A DNA stretch of 64,000 bases from a virus (taxonomy: Duplodnaviria > Heunggongvirae > Uroviricota > Caudoviricetes), in the IMG/VR virus record IMGVR_UViG_3300035158_000899. One strand, 5' to 3'. Of the stretch, positions 22,767 through 32,903 are shown in pieces. The notes below the pieces were generated by a model. That model searched no databases. It was not told where the DNA came from and saw only the letters and a program-made list of their open reading frames with translations. Positions within the stretch are counted from its first letter, which is position 1. Each line of letters opens with the position of its first letter. A program made the position numbers and the translations under genes.

Positions 22767-23141
22767 ATGAATATTAAAGATACAGATAAAGAAGTAGTTG
22801 TTTCTTTTGATTGTGAAAGTGACGATGAAGACATAAAAGAACCTGTTGTATCTACAGGTAAATCTACACCTTTAGCAGGACCTTTAACAGGTAAAAAAGT
22901 TTGTCTTTCTGGTACTTTTATTAAAAAGAAAGAGAAAATGGAAAGATACATTAAAAGTTTAGGCGGATATATTGCAGAAAGCGCAGCTGAATCTGATTAT
23001 TATGTGTATGGTGATAACCATTCTGTTGCTACATATGCATCTGCGTTAAGAGTAAATGCAGAATCTAAGACTCACAAAATTATTATGCTAACAGATCAAA
23101 AATTTTATTCATTGTTGAGGAAGCATGGAATCGAGATATAG
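22767..23141 (+). CDS. BRCT-domain protein
   Basis: 'LTGKKVCLSGTFIKKKEKMERYIKSLGGYIAESAAESDYYVYGDN' matches the BRCT fold pattern (l.Gk.v.ltG.l...R.e....i...GG.v...vs.kt.ylv.G). Confidence 0.35.
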   Translation: MNIKDTDKEVVVSFDCESDDEDIKEPVVSTGKSTPLAGPLTGKKVCLSGTFIKKKEKMERYIKSLGGYIAESAAESDYYVYGDNHSVATYASALRVNAESKTHKIIMLTDQKFYSLLRKHGIEI

Positions 23142-23561
23142 TTTTCACGAAAAGCTTTTGCAAAACATAAAAGACAACATGCAGAAGCTTGAAGACCTTA
23201 AAGAAGAAACTGATAAGGATTACGTTTACGGTGACGCAGTTTATCGTTTTTATCATCACTCTTTTAAAGTTTATTACATTCAGACCATAACCCTTAAGAT
23301 AGTTGATACTTTAAAGCCACTTGGTCATGAGAAGTTAGGAATAAATCCAATTTTTGAAAACATATTCAAAGAAGGTACTGGAAAGAAATGGGAACCGAAG
23401 CATAACAGAGAATGGGGAAAGCACACTAGACCTATGCTCGAGGCTTTCTTTCATGCAAGATATTTTCTTGAGATGGCAATAAAGTTCGGGAGAGAATTAG
23501 AAAAAGCTCCAGAGGTATTGCCTTTTGGATGGGCAGGCCTACTTTATTTTTATAATCTACG

Positions 23562-24212
23562 ATGAATGCTAGCGATTATCTTGCCGTCGAAGAACGATAT
23601 AGGAAAGGTGGCGAGACAATCGTATATGTTGATGAGGTCGGTTATGGCTGCCTCTTCGGCGAAGTTGTTGCTGCCGCAGTAGTTCTTAAAAATGGCTTCC
23701 ACAACGATGAAATAAAAGATTCTAAAAAAATAGCTCCGAAGAAAAGAGAACGATTAGCAAAATTAATAGAACAAAATTGTTATTACGCTTATGGAATGAT
23801 TTCAGTTGAAGAAATAAATAAACAGAACAACATATTGCGTTCTGCACATAGAGCAATGCAACAAGCAATAGAAAAACTAGAGGTTAAACCAAGAGTTGTA
23901 TTTTTAGACGGGAAGAACAAAATAAAAGGTTTTCATTTGCGACAATTTGCTGTGCCAAACGGTGATGAAATAATATTTGGTATTTCTTGTGCTTCTATAA
24001 TAGCAAAAGTGTTTAGAGATAAATATATAGTGTCATATGCGGAAAACAATTTGTATAACAAATATGGGATTGCGAAGAATAAAGGTTATGGAACGAGAGA
24101 ACATTTAGATGCAATTAGAAAACATGGATTAACAGATTTACATAGATATTTTGCTAAAGTCAAAGACAAAAAAGAGAAAGTAAAACATTTTGGAAAAACG
24201 GAATGGAGCTAA
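23562..24212 (+). CDS. rnhB: Ribonuclease HII
   Basis: 'VDEVGYGCLFGEVVAAAVVL' matches the GIDEAGRGPLAGPVV motif; 'ISCASIIAKVFRDKY'; 'GYGTREHLDAIRKHG'. Confidence 0.75.
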   Translation: MNASDYLAVEERYRKGGETIVYVDEVGYGCLFGEVVAAAVVLKNGFHNDEIKDSKKIAPKKRERLAKLIEQNCYYAYGMISVEEINKQNNILRSAHRAMQQAIEKLEVKPRVVFLDGKNKIKGFHLRQFAVPNGDEIIFGISCASIIAKVFRDKYIVSYAENNLYNKYGIAKNKGYGTREHLDAIRKHGLTDLHRYFAKVKDKKEKVKHFGKTEWS

Positions 24213-25254
24213 GCATGTTAAGCAAAATACTTTGTACAATATTTAAAGCAATTAGTTTTGTACGCGAGCACAGAGAACCATTTTTGGTCGTTTCGGTATT
24301 TTTGATTTGTGTAATAACACCGACGTTTTTCTTTGGAACGTATCGGATTGCAATATCAATCGTAGCAGGCTGTTTTTGTGCTCCTGCACTATTGTTTTTG
24401 ATTGCATGTATTATAAGGAGCATTTTATGCAAGACCCAAGACAGAGAAGATACTTGGGATATTAAAAAAAGTTCTTCTATATTCGCATCGTTTTGGAAGA
24501 TATTAAAACCAAAAGATAGGAAAATAGTCAGGGAAGGTGCAATAAGATATTAAAGGAGGTAAGGAAAGATATGTATTTGCATTGTCATGATTGCGGCTGG
24601 AGTCAAGATGATTTTTGGAATGAAAGTTACAATCCGATCTCATGTTTAATAGATTACAAAGATAGTTTGTTCCAAGATAATCATTTTGACGAAGGGTTTT
24701 TTACGGAAAACAATATAGAACCTAAAAAGGATGAAAACGGTTTTTACATAACAGGAAAAGATTTTGTTGTTTGGGCATTAGAAAGAGCTATCAGAAGAAT
24801 AAAAAATATGCAAGTGGATACATACGATGAATGGGAAAGAGTAAAAGAAAATTGGAGATGCCCTGAATGTGGTAGTAAAAATTGGGATATTGACTAGGAG
24901 GTTAAATGAAAGCAGTAAAATATAAGATCAGAATTAGTAACGGTGTTATTGCTCATGTCCATGGAATGTTATATAAAATAGATGAGGTTGCTATTCCAAC
25001 ACTTAATTTGATTGTGAATAAAGAAGGAATTCATTATGTAGAAGATATAGAACGAAGAATTAGTCATCATTCCGGTGGCGTTAGAGATTTTAAACTTAAT
25101 AAGAGAAAAATTGTTGATTATTTGAAACAGTTTTCAGAGTTAAAGAAAAATGAAGAGACAATAATTCATGAAATATTAGTTATGTAATCATAACCGCAGC
25201 TTGTGGTAGGACGATGAAGCATTTAAAAAACAGAAAGCCATCATTGAGGTTGAT

Positions 25255-25728
25255 ATGAATCGGGATCTAACTAGTGCAATACTTTTTACTACAGCGGTGC
25301 ATCTTGGACAAGTAAGAAAGTTTACAGGTGAAGATTATATTGTACATCCTTTAGCTGTTATGACAAAAGTTTCATATGAAAGTCGCGATATAGATGTATT
25401 AAGCGCTGCCATTTTACATGATGTGGTTAAAGATACCAAAACAACATTAGAGGATGTTCGTAGAATTTTTGGTATCAAAGTATCAACTCTTGTAGATGCA
25501 ATAACACATAGAAAAAGTGAGCCTACAACGAAATATATAAAACGAATTGCGGATGCGGGTGCGGATGTAGTATTGATTAAGAAAGCCGACATGGAACATA
25601 ACATAACAAGCCTCCCTAAAGATGAGAGAGGAGACAAGCTCAGAGAGAAGTATGATATTGCATCGAAATTATTACTAGGTTACAGTTTAGTTTATCCTGA
25701 CAAAAAAGACGATTTTGTTTATTGGTAA
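25255..25728 (+). CDS. HD-domain phosphohydrolase with Rel/SpoT (ppGpp-hydrolase, Mesh1/SAH-like) signature
   Basis: 'HLGQVRKFTGEDYIVHPLAV ... AAILHDVVKDT' matches the HD(h) domain of RelA/SpoT hydrolases (H..Q.R.sGePYi.HPl.V...l..ALLHDvvEDT). Confidence 0.6.
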   Translation: MNRDLTSAILFTTAVHLGQVRKFTGEDYIVHPLAVMTKVSYESRDIDVLSAAILHDVVKDTKTTLEDVRRIFGIKVSTLVDAITHRKSEPTTKYIKRIADAGADVVLIKKADMEHNITSLPKDERGDKLREKYDIASKLLLGYSLVYPDKKDDFVYW

Positions 25729-25859
25729 GGAGGATGTGATGGTAGCAAATGACCTGAAGGCGTTGGTTGAGAAACTCAATGGGGAAATTTATGAACAAAT
25801 AGGTGATAAGTTGCTCGCCGTGTTTGGTAAAGTAAAAATGTGATAAAAGAGGTGTAAAT

Positions 25860-26984
25860 ATGAGTGCACTTTTGAATTACAAGCACTATACTGACAAGTA
25901 CTTTTTAAGAACAAACGAGATCCTTAAGAGAGAAGGTTTAAACCCAATAGTTGGGATGAAAGTGTTTACAAGAGGGGAAGGATCGATTGTAAATCTTAAT
26001 GAAGCGGTAGAATTTGTAAAGGCGAATGCAAAAGGTGCATCGGTGTGGGTTACAAACAGACATACTTATAGAACGAAAGAACCTCTGATGATAATAAGGG
26101 GCCCAATACAAAGCTTTATTGAATTAGAAACGGTTTATTTGGGAATTTTATCTTATGAATTATCGAGAACAGCAGGCATATTGCCGCCGAATGCATACCA
26201 AATCGGCAGTAAGATGAGCAGACTTAAAAATATTTATGGTAAAAAGCCGATACTTTATTTTGGTGCAAGGCATTATCATTGGCAATTTGATAAAGGTATT
26301 GCAAAAGTTGCATTAAAAAACGGTGCAGTGCAAACTTCAACTGATATTGGTTCAGCTAATATTGGGAAGCAAGGGGTAGGCACAACGCCTCATGTTCTTA
26401 CTATTGTACTGGCACATAAGTATGGAAGAGAAAACGCTACACTAAAAACAGCAGAGTTGTTTGACAAACACATGGCAAAAGAGATACCAAAAGTAACTTT
26501 AGTAGATACATTCAATAAAGAAATAACGGATAGTCTTAAGGTAGCAGAATATTTTGGTGAAAGAAAAAATTCTTTAAGAATAGATACTTGTGGTGAGAAT
26601 GTTGGAGAAGATGGATCGTCTTATGATGGAGAAAAAGAAAAAGATCCTGGATTTAAAATAGGAACTGGTGTTACAATAGAATTGGTTGCAAACGTAAGAA
26701 AAGCTTTAATAGAGGCCGGTTATGGTGATAGTACTGACATTGTATTGTCAAGTGGCTTCGGAAACGAAGATAAGGCAAGAATATTTACGAAAGCTGATAA
26801 AGATTTTAAAGAAATGACAGGTTATGATTTATTTTCTTCTGTTGGAATAGGTGAAGTAAGTGAAGCAAGATTCTGTACAGCTGACATATTTGAAGTCGAA
26901 GGTGAGCCTTTTTCAAAGACCGGGCGCGAAATAAGTAAAGAAGAAATAGATATATGTTATGAAACAATGAGGAAGGTAGTTTGA
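25860..26984 (+). CDS. Nicotinate/nicotinamide phosphoribosyltransferase-family protein (PncB/NAPRTase-like)
   Basis: N-terminal 'YTDKYF', 'YFGARHYH' (F-G-x-R-R/H motif) and 'GTTPHVL' (GTxxH) resemble NAPRTase-family signatures. The position next to nadE and pncA supports the call. Confidence 0.45.
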   Translation: MSALLNYKHYTDKYFLRTNEILKREGLNPIVGMKVFTRGEGSIVNLNEAVEFVKANAKGASVWVTNRHTYRTKEPLMIIRGPIQSFIELETVYLGILSYELSRTAGILPPNAYQIGSKMSRLKNIYGKKPILYFGARHYHWQFDKGIAKVALKNGAVQTSTDIGSANIGKQGVGTTPHVLTIVLAHKYGRENATLKTAELFDKHMAKEIPKVTLVDTFNKEITDSLKVAEYFGERKNSLRIDTCGENVGEDGSSYDGEKEKDPGFKIGTGVTIELVANVRKALIEAGYGDSTDIVLSSGFGNEDKARIFTKADKDFKEMTGYDLFSSVGIGEVSEARFCTADIFEVEGEPFSKTGREISKEEIDICYETMRKVV

Positions 26985-27713
26985 ATGAAAAAATTGTAAC
27001 TGTTTGTTCTTTTTGTAAAAGGGTTTGTGACGGTAATAAATGGGTTTCTAAAGATGTTGAAAAAGATATAAGGCTCTCACATGGGGTATGTCCTGAATGT
27101 GCAGAAAAACATTATGGGAAATGGTATAAAAAGAGAGAAGAAAAATGATCTTGTTTGGAATAATACTAAGAACAGGATTTTGGTTATTTATTTAAAATTG
27201 ATAGGGTGACCGTTATTAATTAAAAGGAGAAAGAGATGAGCGAATATGTTTATGGCAAAGTAGCCGAACAACTACGTCAATTGAAGCCTGGCGAAAGGAT
27301 AAACGATATTCTTAGCAAGTGCACTATCTGCCCTACGGGCGATGGAACTTGTAAAAGTTATTCAGAATTAGATATTTATGGATTTAATTCTGACAAAAAG
27401 TGTGAAACTATAAGGCTTACAATCTGTATGCTGGGCGTTATGAGAGAAAAAAGATGCCCACAAATAAGGAGTGAAGATAACTAAGCAATATAAGAATTAT
27501 TATAATGATTAAGCTAATTGGCGGAAGTAGAGATGGGGAGGTTCAAAATAGAGTAATGCCTCCATACCAAGAGAATTAGGTTAAGGTACTGCATGTAGAA
27601 GGTGAAATTCATAGGATAGAAGTATACAAAGACACAGGATATGACGACTATTATGAAATAGTATAGATTTGGTTGTTTAGCTTATGGTTTCTTAAGACCA
27701 AAAGATCAGTCTA

Positions 27714-28571
27714 ATGAAAAGGGGAAAAATGATTAAAGACTATGTAATTGCAGTTAAAAACATAAGAAATACAACTAAGAATTATATAACTAAGTACGAT
27801 ATCAAAGCTCTTGTTATAGGTTTATCAGGCGGAATTGATAGTACACTTTGTAGTGCTTTAGCTAAGCCTGTGTGTGATGAACTCAGTATTCCATTAGTTG
27901 GAAGGAGTCTTCCTATACAAACAAATAAGGTAGATGAAATAAAGAGAGCAAAGAAAGCAGGAGAGGTTTTTTGTACAGAATTTAAGGAAACAAATTTGGA
28001 AAATGAGTTTTATTCTTTTATGAGGAATACTATAGATATACATATAAAAATAAAAAGTGAATTAACAGAAGAAGATAAGATAAGAGAAGGAAACATTAAA
28101 GCTCGGCTTAGGATGATCAAGCTTTATGATGAAGCACAAAAAAGAAAAGGAATGGTACTTTCAACAGACAATTACACGGAATACCTATTGGGGTTCTGGA
28201 CACTCCACGGCGACGTCGGCGATTACGGCATGATCCAGAACCTTTGGAAAACAGAAGTGTATGGGATGGCAAATTATTTAACTGAACTTTACCATTCAAC
28301 AGATAGGCATAGCGAATTCGAAGTGTTATCTGCATGTATAGATGCTGTTCCAACTGATGGATTGGGTGTTTCAGAATCAGATTTAGATCAAATAGGCGCT
28401 AAGGATTACAAAGAGGTAGATGAAATTTTACAAATATGGCTTCGTTTTCAACGTAAAAATGCATTTAAAGATCATCCGGTTGTATTAAGACATGAGAGGA
28501 CCCATTGGAAAAGAAGGAATCCTTGTAATATAGGAAGAGAAACTATAGAAAAAATAAAAGGCGATAAGTAA
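27714..28571 (+). CDS. nadE: NH3-dependent NAD+ synthetase
   Basis: PP-loop 'LVIGLSGGIDSTLCSALA'; 'IKARLRMIKLYDEAQKRKGMVLSTDNYTEYLLGFWTLHGDVGDYGMIQNLWKTEVYGMANYL' matches the NadE core consensus. Confidence 0.8.
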   Translation: MKRGKMIKDYVIAVKNIRNTTKNYITKYDIKALVIGLSGGIDSTLCSALAKPVCDELSIPLVGRSLPIQTNKVDEIKRAKKAGEVFCTEFKETNLENEFYSFMRNTIDIHIKIKSELTEEDKIREGNIKARLRMIKLYDEAQKRKGMVLSTDNYTEYLLGFWTLHGDVGDYGMIQNLWKTEVYGMANYLTELYHSTDRHSEFEVLSACIDAVPTDGLGVSESDLDQIGAKDYKEVDEILQIWLRFQRKNAFKDHPVVLRHERTHWKRRNPCNIGRETIEKIKGDK

Positions 28572-29190
28572 TTATGGAATACGTATATGGAAGAAAATTC
28601 TATGCTGGAAAGAAATATTGTCGTGTAAGTGGAGCATGGTGTGATGGTGTAATTGAAAGAAGAAGTGAGATGGGATGTGAAGGATACTATTGTAAATATT
28701 TTGAAGAAGACATTGATGTAACTTCCATGATGTCCGATGGCCGTAAATTGCTAAGATTACCACAATGTATAAAACGAGCAAAAGAAGTGAAAAGGAGATA
28801 AGTAATGTATTTTAATATTGATTTAGGAGATTATGATGACGAGATTGAATTGTATAACTGTTTAAAGAAAATGAGAAATTGTAGTTTATGTGAGCAATTT
28901 CAAGAAAACTTTACAGGCCTCTACGGATACGATATTGAATATGCTTTTTTTGCTTGGCTTATGGAAAAAGGTTATATAAAATGGGAAGATTAAATATTCC
29001 TTCTAGAACTATTCCTGAAAAGATCGAAAGCGATGCTGATGCTGCAATTGCTATTCAAGAAATTCGTAGGCGTGTTGTGGACACAGGTAGCATACTTCGT
29101 GCTGTTTTGATAGACCAATTAAACAAAATACTGACCCTAGTCAAGTAGAAGAATTTTTAGCTGAACAATTTACAAAACAGGAGGTAGAAA

Positions 29191-29835
29191 ATGAAAAAAA
29201 GAGATACGGCTAGTTTTGATGTTGATGCACAAAATACTTTTACACCTGTTTGTCCTAATGAATTACCAGTCCCAGACGGTAACAATATTGTTGATGAATT
29301 AAATAAGCAAGCTCATTACGCAAGATTAAGAGTGGGAAGTAAAGATGCTCATTCAAATCAAGCATTGTGGGTTGCAGATGAGAAGAATCCGCAGTTCAGC
29401 AAAATAGAAGGCCATGATAATTTAGATATTAGGTGGAAGAGACATGGAGAAGTCGGGAGTGAAGGTTTCGAATTAATAAGTGGGCTTCCTAAAGTAACTG
29501 AATATGATTTTTTTGTATATAAAGGACTAGAAAGAGATTGCCATCCGTATGGGGCATGCTACCACGATTTTGCTGAAAAACTTTCCACAGGAGTAATTGA
29601 ATACCTTAAGTACAACGGCATAAAAAATGTAATAGTAGGAGGGCTTGCCACAGATTATTGTGTTAAATTTACTGTGTTACAATTATGTAAAGCAAATTTT
29701 AAAGTGATAATAAATCTTGCGGCATGTAGAGGCATTGCAGATGAAACTATTCAAGAAGCGATGAAAGAAATAGCAAAAGCGAGTGCCATGATGGTTCAAA
29801 ACAGTAGAGAACTAAGCAGCTTTATTGATAAATGA
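29191..29835 (+). CDS. pncA: Nicotinamidase / isochorismatase-family hydrolase (PncA-like)
   Basis: 'FDVDAQNTF' (catalytic Asp), 'VVGGLATDYCVKFTVLQ' (catalytic Cys in the aTDyCV motif), and the 'ACRGI' C-terminal strand. Confidence 0.6.
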   Translation: MKKRDTASFDVDAQNTFTPVCPNELPVPDGNNIVDELNKQAHYARLRVGSKDAHSNQALWVADEKNPQFSKIEGHDNLDIRWKRHGEVGSEGFELISGLPKVTEYDFFVYKGLERDCHPYGACYHDFAEKLSTGVIEYLKYNGIKNVIVGGLATDYCVKFTVLQLCKANFKVIINLAACRGIADETIQEAMKEIAKASAMMVQNSRELSSFIDK

Positions 29836-30590
29836 CAAAACTAGTTATTAGCACTTATTATAGTACGAATTACTATAAAGACCCAGAGCTTTGTTGGGAT
29901 AAAAGATATGAAGATATACGACTGATTAAAAGTGTTGATTTTTCAAAGATAGTGATTCAATCAATAAGGAGATATATAGATCCGGACCAAATTGTTTTTA
30001 TTGACTCTTCAGAGAATGATTTTTTATCAGAATTTCTCAATATAGATAGTGTTAAATCATCAACCAAGAAAAGAATTAACGGTAGAATAGGAATTATAAA
30101 GGAATCAAATAATATTGGTCATGCTGGTCTAAATCCTAAAGGAAGATGTGGATGGAGCCGTGCTTTATACCATGGATTACATTATGGGATAAGTAGTGGT
30201 TTCGATCAAATATGGTGTGTGGAAAGCGATTGTTTAATATATGGAACACCTGAGATAAGACCAGAATGTTTTAATGCTTCCCCCATGTTGATGCACGGAA
30301 AACGAGGAATAGAAACAAATTATTTTTGTTGTAATGCAAAAGTATTAAAAAAACATAAATTTTTAGTTAAATTTAGAGAAAATTTTGATGAGCATTGGAA
30401 ATATCAATGTAAAGCTGAAGCTAATGTTTATCGATGTGTAAAGGATTATTTTTACAACTGGGGTGTTTATAGTATAGGCGCAAGACAAAATGAAAACAAA
30501 TATGGTAAATGTCATATGATAACTAGCATTAATGATAAAGAAATATTGAATTATATAGAAGAATATAATTATAAAACAGATTTTAAATGA
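29832..30590 (+). CDS. Hypothetical Cys-rich protein, translationally coupled to pncA
   Basis: Start overlaps the pncA stop (ATGA). No recognisable motif. Confidence 0.5.
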   Translation: MTKLVISTYYSTNYYKDPELCWDKRYEDIRLIKSVDFSKIVIQSIRRYIDPDQIVFIDSSENDFLSEFLNIDSVKSSTKKRINGRIGIIKESNNIGHAGLNPKGRCGWSRALYHGLHYGISSGFDQIWCVESDCLIYGTPEIRPECFNASPMLMHGKRGIETNYFCCNAKVLKKHKFLVKFRENFDEHWKYQCKAEANVYRCVKDYFYNWGVYSIGARQNENKYGKCHMITSINDKEILNYIEEYNYKTDFK

Positions 30591-31189
30591 TAGTTATTAA
30601 TTTAGGTACGGGAAGATGCGGAACACATTCTTTAACGAAGCTGTTGAGTGCACAGAAGAATGTTAAAGTGACCCACGAAGCTTTTTTATTACCATGGGAA
30701 TATGACAGAGCTGCTTTAGATAATGCACTTGCTAATATTTTAAAATATGATGCTGAAATTAAATCTGATACAGGGTTTTATTATCTAGTTTATGTAGAGA
30801 CCATATTAGAATTATATCCAAATACTAAGTTTGTATGCTTGAGAAGAAATAAAGAGAAGACAATAAGAGGTTATATAGGAAAAGTTGGAAAGAAAAGAGC
30901 CAATCATTGGACCAGAAAGAATAGCAAACACTGGACAGATGGATGGATTAATGACTCAAAGTGGGATAGATGTTATCCAAAATATGATTTAGATCAAAGA
31001 GAAGCAATTGAAAAGTATTATGATGAATATTATTCAATAGCTGAAACATATCAAAGTAAATACAAAGATAATTTTAGAATATGGTGGATGAATTTTGCAT
31101 TAAATACAGAGCAAGGGCAAAAAGAAATTTTTAATTTCATTAATCTTAAAGATCATGTTGTAGAATTAGGAATTAAAATTAAAACTTGA
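30587..31189 (+). CDS. Hypothetical protein with N-terminal P-loop-like motif (GTGRCGTHS), possibly sulfotransferase/kinase-fold
   Basis: ATGA overlap with the upstream ORF. The Gly-rich loop at residues 7-15 resembles the sulfotransferase 5'-PSB loop or a nucleotide-binding loop. Confidence 0.35.
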   Translation: MIVINLGTGRCGTHSLTKLLSAQKNVKVTHEAFLLPWEYDRAALDNALANILKYDAEIKSDTGFYYLVYVETILELYPNTKFVCLRRNKEKTIRGYIGKVGKKRANHWTRKNSKHWTDGWINDSKWDRCYPKYDLDQREAIEKYYDEYYSIAETYQSKYKDNFRIWWMNFALNTEQGQKEIFNFINLKDHVVELGIKIKT

Positions 31190-31600
31190 GGTAACAAAAT
31201 GAGAATGACCACTTGGAAAAATTTACTTTTAAAAGCAATGAAAAGTAATGGAAAAAGCTTTACAAAGGGAGGATAAATGAAAATGCATTTGTTAGTAAGA
31301 AATTGTAAAGAAAACGCGTAATGGTGCAGTATTATATTGGAAACCCAAAGAAAAGAAAACACGAAACTTTAAAGCAAGGGAGGAGGTGAGTATGGTATAT
31401 AAGATCGGATTGCTGCTGGCGTTTTTGGTTACATGGCTAGGTTTTATTGGACCTTACGCTGTATCAAGTGAAAGTAATGAACTTGTTATTGGATGGTTTG
31501 TTGTAACATTCGTTGCTTTGTTAATAACTATATCAAAATTAGTTAAAAGTAAAAAAGTTAAAAAATGGTTTAAAAATATTTTCAATTAAGGGGTATAGAA

Positions 31601-32431
31601 ATGAAAAAGATATCAGTATTGTTGTTAGCGTTTATCATATTAACAATGTCAACTGGCTGTTCAAAAGTTCCAGTAGGATATACGGGTATAAAAGTATATT
31701 TGCTTGGCAGGGGAAAAGGCGTTTCCAACCAAGAAGTTTTAGGTACTGGTAGGTATTGGATTGGCATAAACAAAGATTTGCACCTTTTTCCTAAGTTCAT
31801 ACAAAATGTAGTGTGGACTAGAGATACTAGGGAAGGTTCGCCAGTAAACCAAGAAATAACTTTTCAGGATATCGACGGCCTTCAAATTAGTGGTGACTTT
31901 GGATTTTCTTATAGATTGCAAGAGGATAAGATTCCAACACTTTTTGAGAAGCACAGGAAGGGCATAGAAGAAATTACGGATGTATATGTAAGGATGGCTG
32001 TACGAAAAGGGCTTAACGAAGCAGCTTCAACTAGAAAGGTAGATGATATTTATGGTAAAGGTAAGACAGACTTTCTTGAAGATGCCTTAGCCCGTATTAA
32101 AGAAAAGCTTGATGATGAAGGTTTTATTATTGAACAGTTTGCACCAGTTGGTTCTTTTCGATTACCCAAACAGGTTGTAGCTGCTCTAAATGCTAAAATA
32201 CAGGCAACACAACAGGCACAACAAAGGGAAAATGAAGTACAAGAGGAGAAAGCCAAGGCCAATAAACGTAGGGAAGCCGCAAAAGGTGTTGCTGATTCTA
32301 TTATGACAGTAGCTAATGCACAAGCAAAAGCAAATTCAAAGCTTGCTGCTTCTATCTCAAGAACATTATATCATATCAGAAAGAAAGAAAAGGCTATTGA
32401 TGGTGGTTACCCCCGGTTTTTTGTATCTTGA
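31601..32431 (+). CDS. Lipoprotein with SPFH/band-7 (prohibitin/HflC-like) domain
   Basis: Signal peptide plus lipobox 'LTMSTGC'. C-terminal Ala/Gln/Glu-rich coiled coil (QATQQAQQRENEVQEEKAKANKRREAAKG) is typical of band-7 proteins. Confidence 0.4.
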   Translation: MKKISVLLLAFIILTMSTGCSKVPVGYTGIKVYLLGRGKGVSNQEVLGTGRYWIGINKDLHLFPKFIQNVVWTRDTREGSPVNQEITFQDIDGLQISGDFGFSYRLQEDKIPTLFEKHRKGIEEITDVYVRMAVRKGLNEAASTRKVDDIYGKGKTDFLEDALARIKEKLDDEGFIIEQFAPVGSFRLPKQVVAALNAKIQATQQAQQRENEVQEEKAKANKRREAAKGVADSIMTVANAQAKANSKLAASISRTLYHIRKKEKAIDGGYPRFFVS

Positions 32432-32862
32432 AAAAGGATGTAAGAATGAGCGGCCGAAAAGACTTAAAACCTAAATGTTATAAATATCCTAGCCTGAAGG
32501 AATGGAGAATAAATGGACCTGAAGGTCCTTACCATCGCTTAGACGGCCCTGCTATAGAATGGGCTTACGGGACTAAGGAATGGATCCAGAACGGCCAACG
32601 CCACCGATTAGACGGCCCTGCTATAGAATGGGCTAACGGGACTAAGGAATGGTACCAGAACGGCCAATGCCACCGATTAGACGGGCCTGCTATAGAAAGG
32701 GTTGACGGGGATAAGGAATATTGGATACGAGGCACCGATCTTAATGAAAAGGAAATAGAGACCTTTAATTACCTGCAAACATGTGAATTAAAGGAACTCC
32801 CCCTACATATAGGAACCATATTTGATGAACTCATTGAGAAAAGACTCAGAAATGAATCCTAA
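32428..32862 (+). CDS. MORN-variant/YwqK-like repeat protein (three 23-aa HRLDGPAIEW.nGTKEW.QNGQ repeats)
   Basis: Near-identical 69-bp tandem units in the DNA (about 32533-32720). GC content is higher than in neighbouring genes. Confidence 0.5.
   Translation: MKKDVRMSGRKDLKPKCYKYPSLKEWRINGPEGPYHRLDGPAIEWAYGTKEWIQNGQRHRLDGPAIEWANGTKEWYQNGQCHRLDGPAIERVDGDKEYWIRGTDLNEKEIETFNYLQTCELKELPLHIGTIFDELIEKRLRNES
32470..32515 (+). repeat. 46-bp direct repeat, copy 1 (second copy at 32858-32903)
   Basis: 'cctaaatgttataaatatcctagcctgaaggaatggagaataaatg' occurs identically twice, bracketing the MORN-repeat segment. Confidence 0.9.
32533..32720 (+). repeat. About 2.7 copies of a near-perfect 69-bp in-frame tandem repeat
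   Basis: 'caccgattagacggccctgctatagaatgggc.aacgggactaaggaatgg.accagaacggccaa.gc' recurs with very few substitutions. Confidence 0.85.
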
Positions 32863-32903
32863 ATGTTATAAATATCCTAGCCTGAAGGAATGGAGAATAA
32901 ATG
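32858..32903 (+). repeat. 46-bp direct repeat, copy 2
   Basis: Identical to 32470-32515. It contains the stop of the MORN gene and supplies the start of the 32901 ORF. Confidence 0.9.

Noticed and set aside
27485-27713. 230-nt gap upstream of nadE as a possible riboswitch or ncRNA
   Set aside because: Only a weak 5-bp hairpin and a 24-codon ORF without RBS. No conserved riboswitch-like motif recognisable by eye. Left unannotated because the evidence is insufficient either way.
32533-32720. Possible CRISPR array (regular direct repeats)
   Set aside because: The 69-bp units are contiguous with no spacers and lie in frame inside a protein-coding gene, encoding 23-aa MORN-like repeats. The same applies to the 33-bp repeats at 63141-63230. 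No CRISPR array is present in the window.
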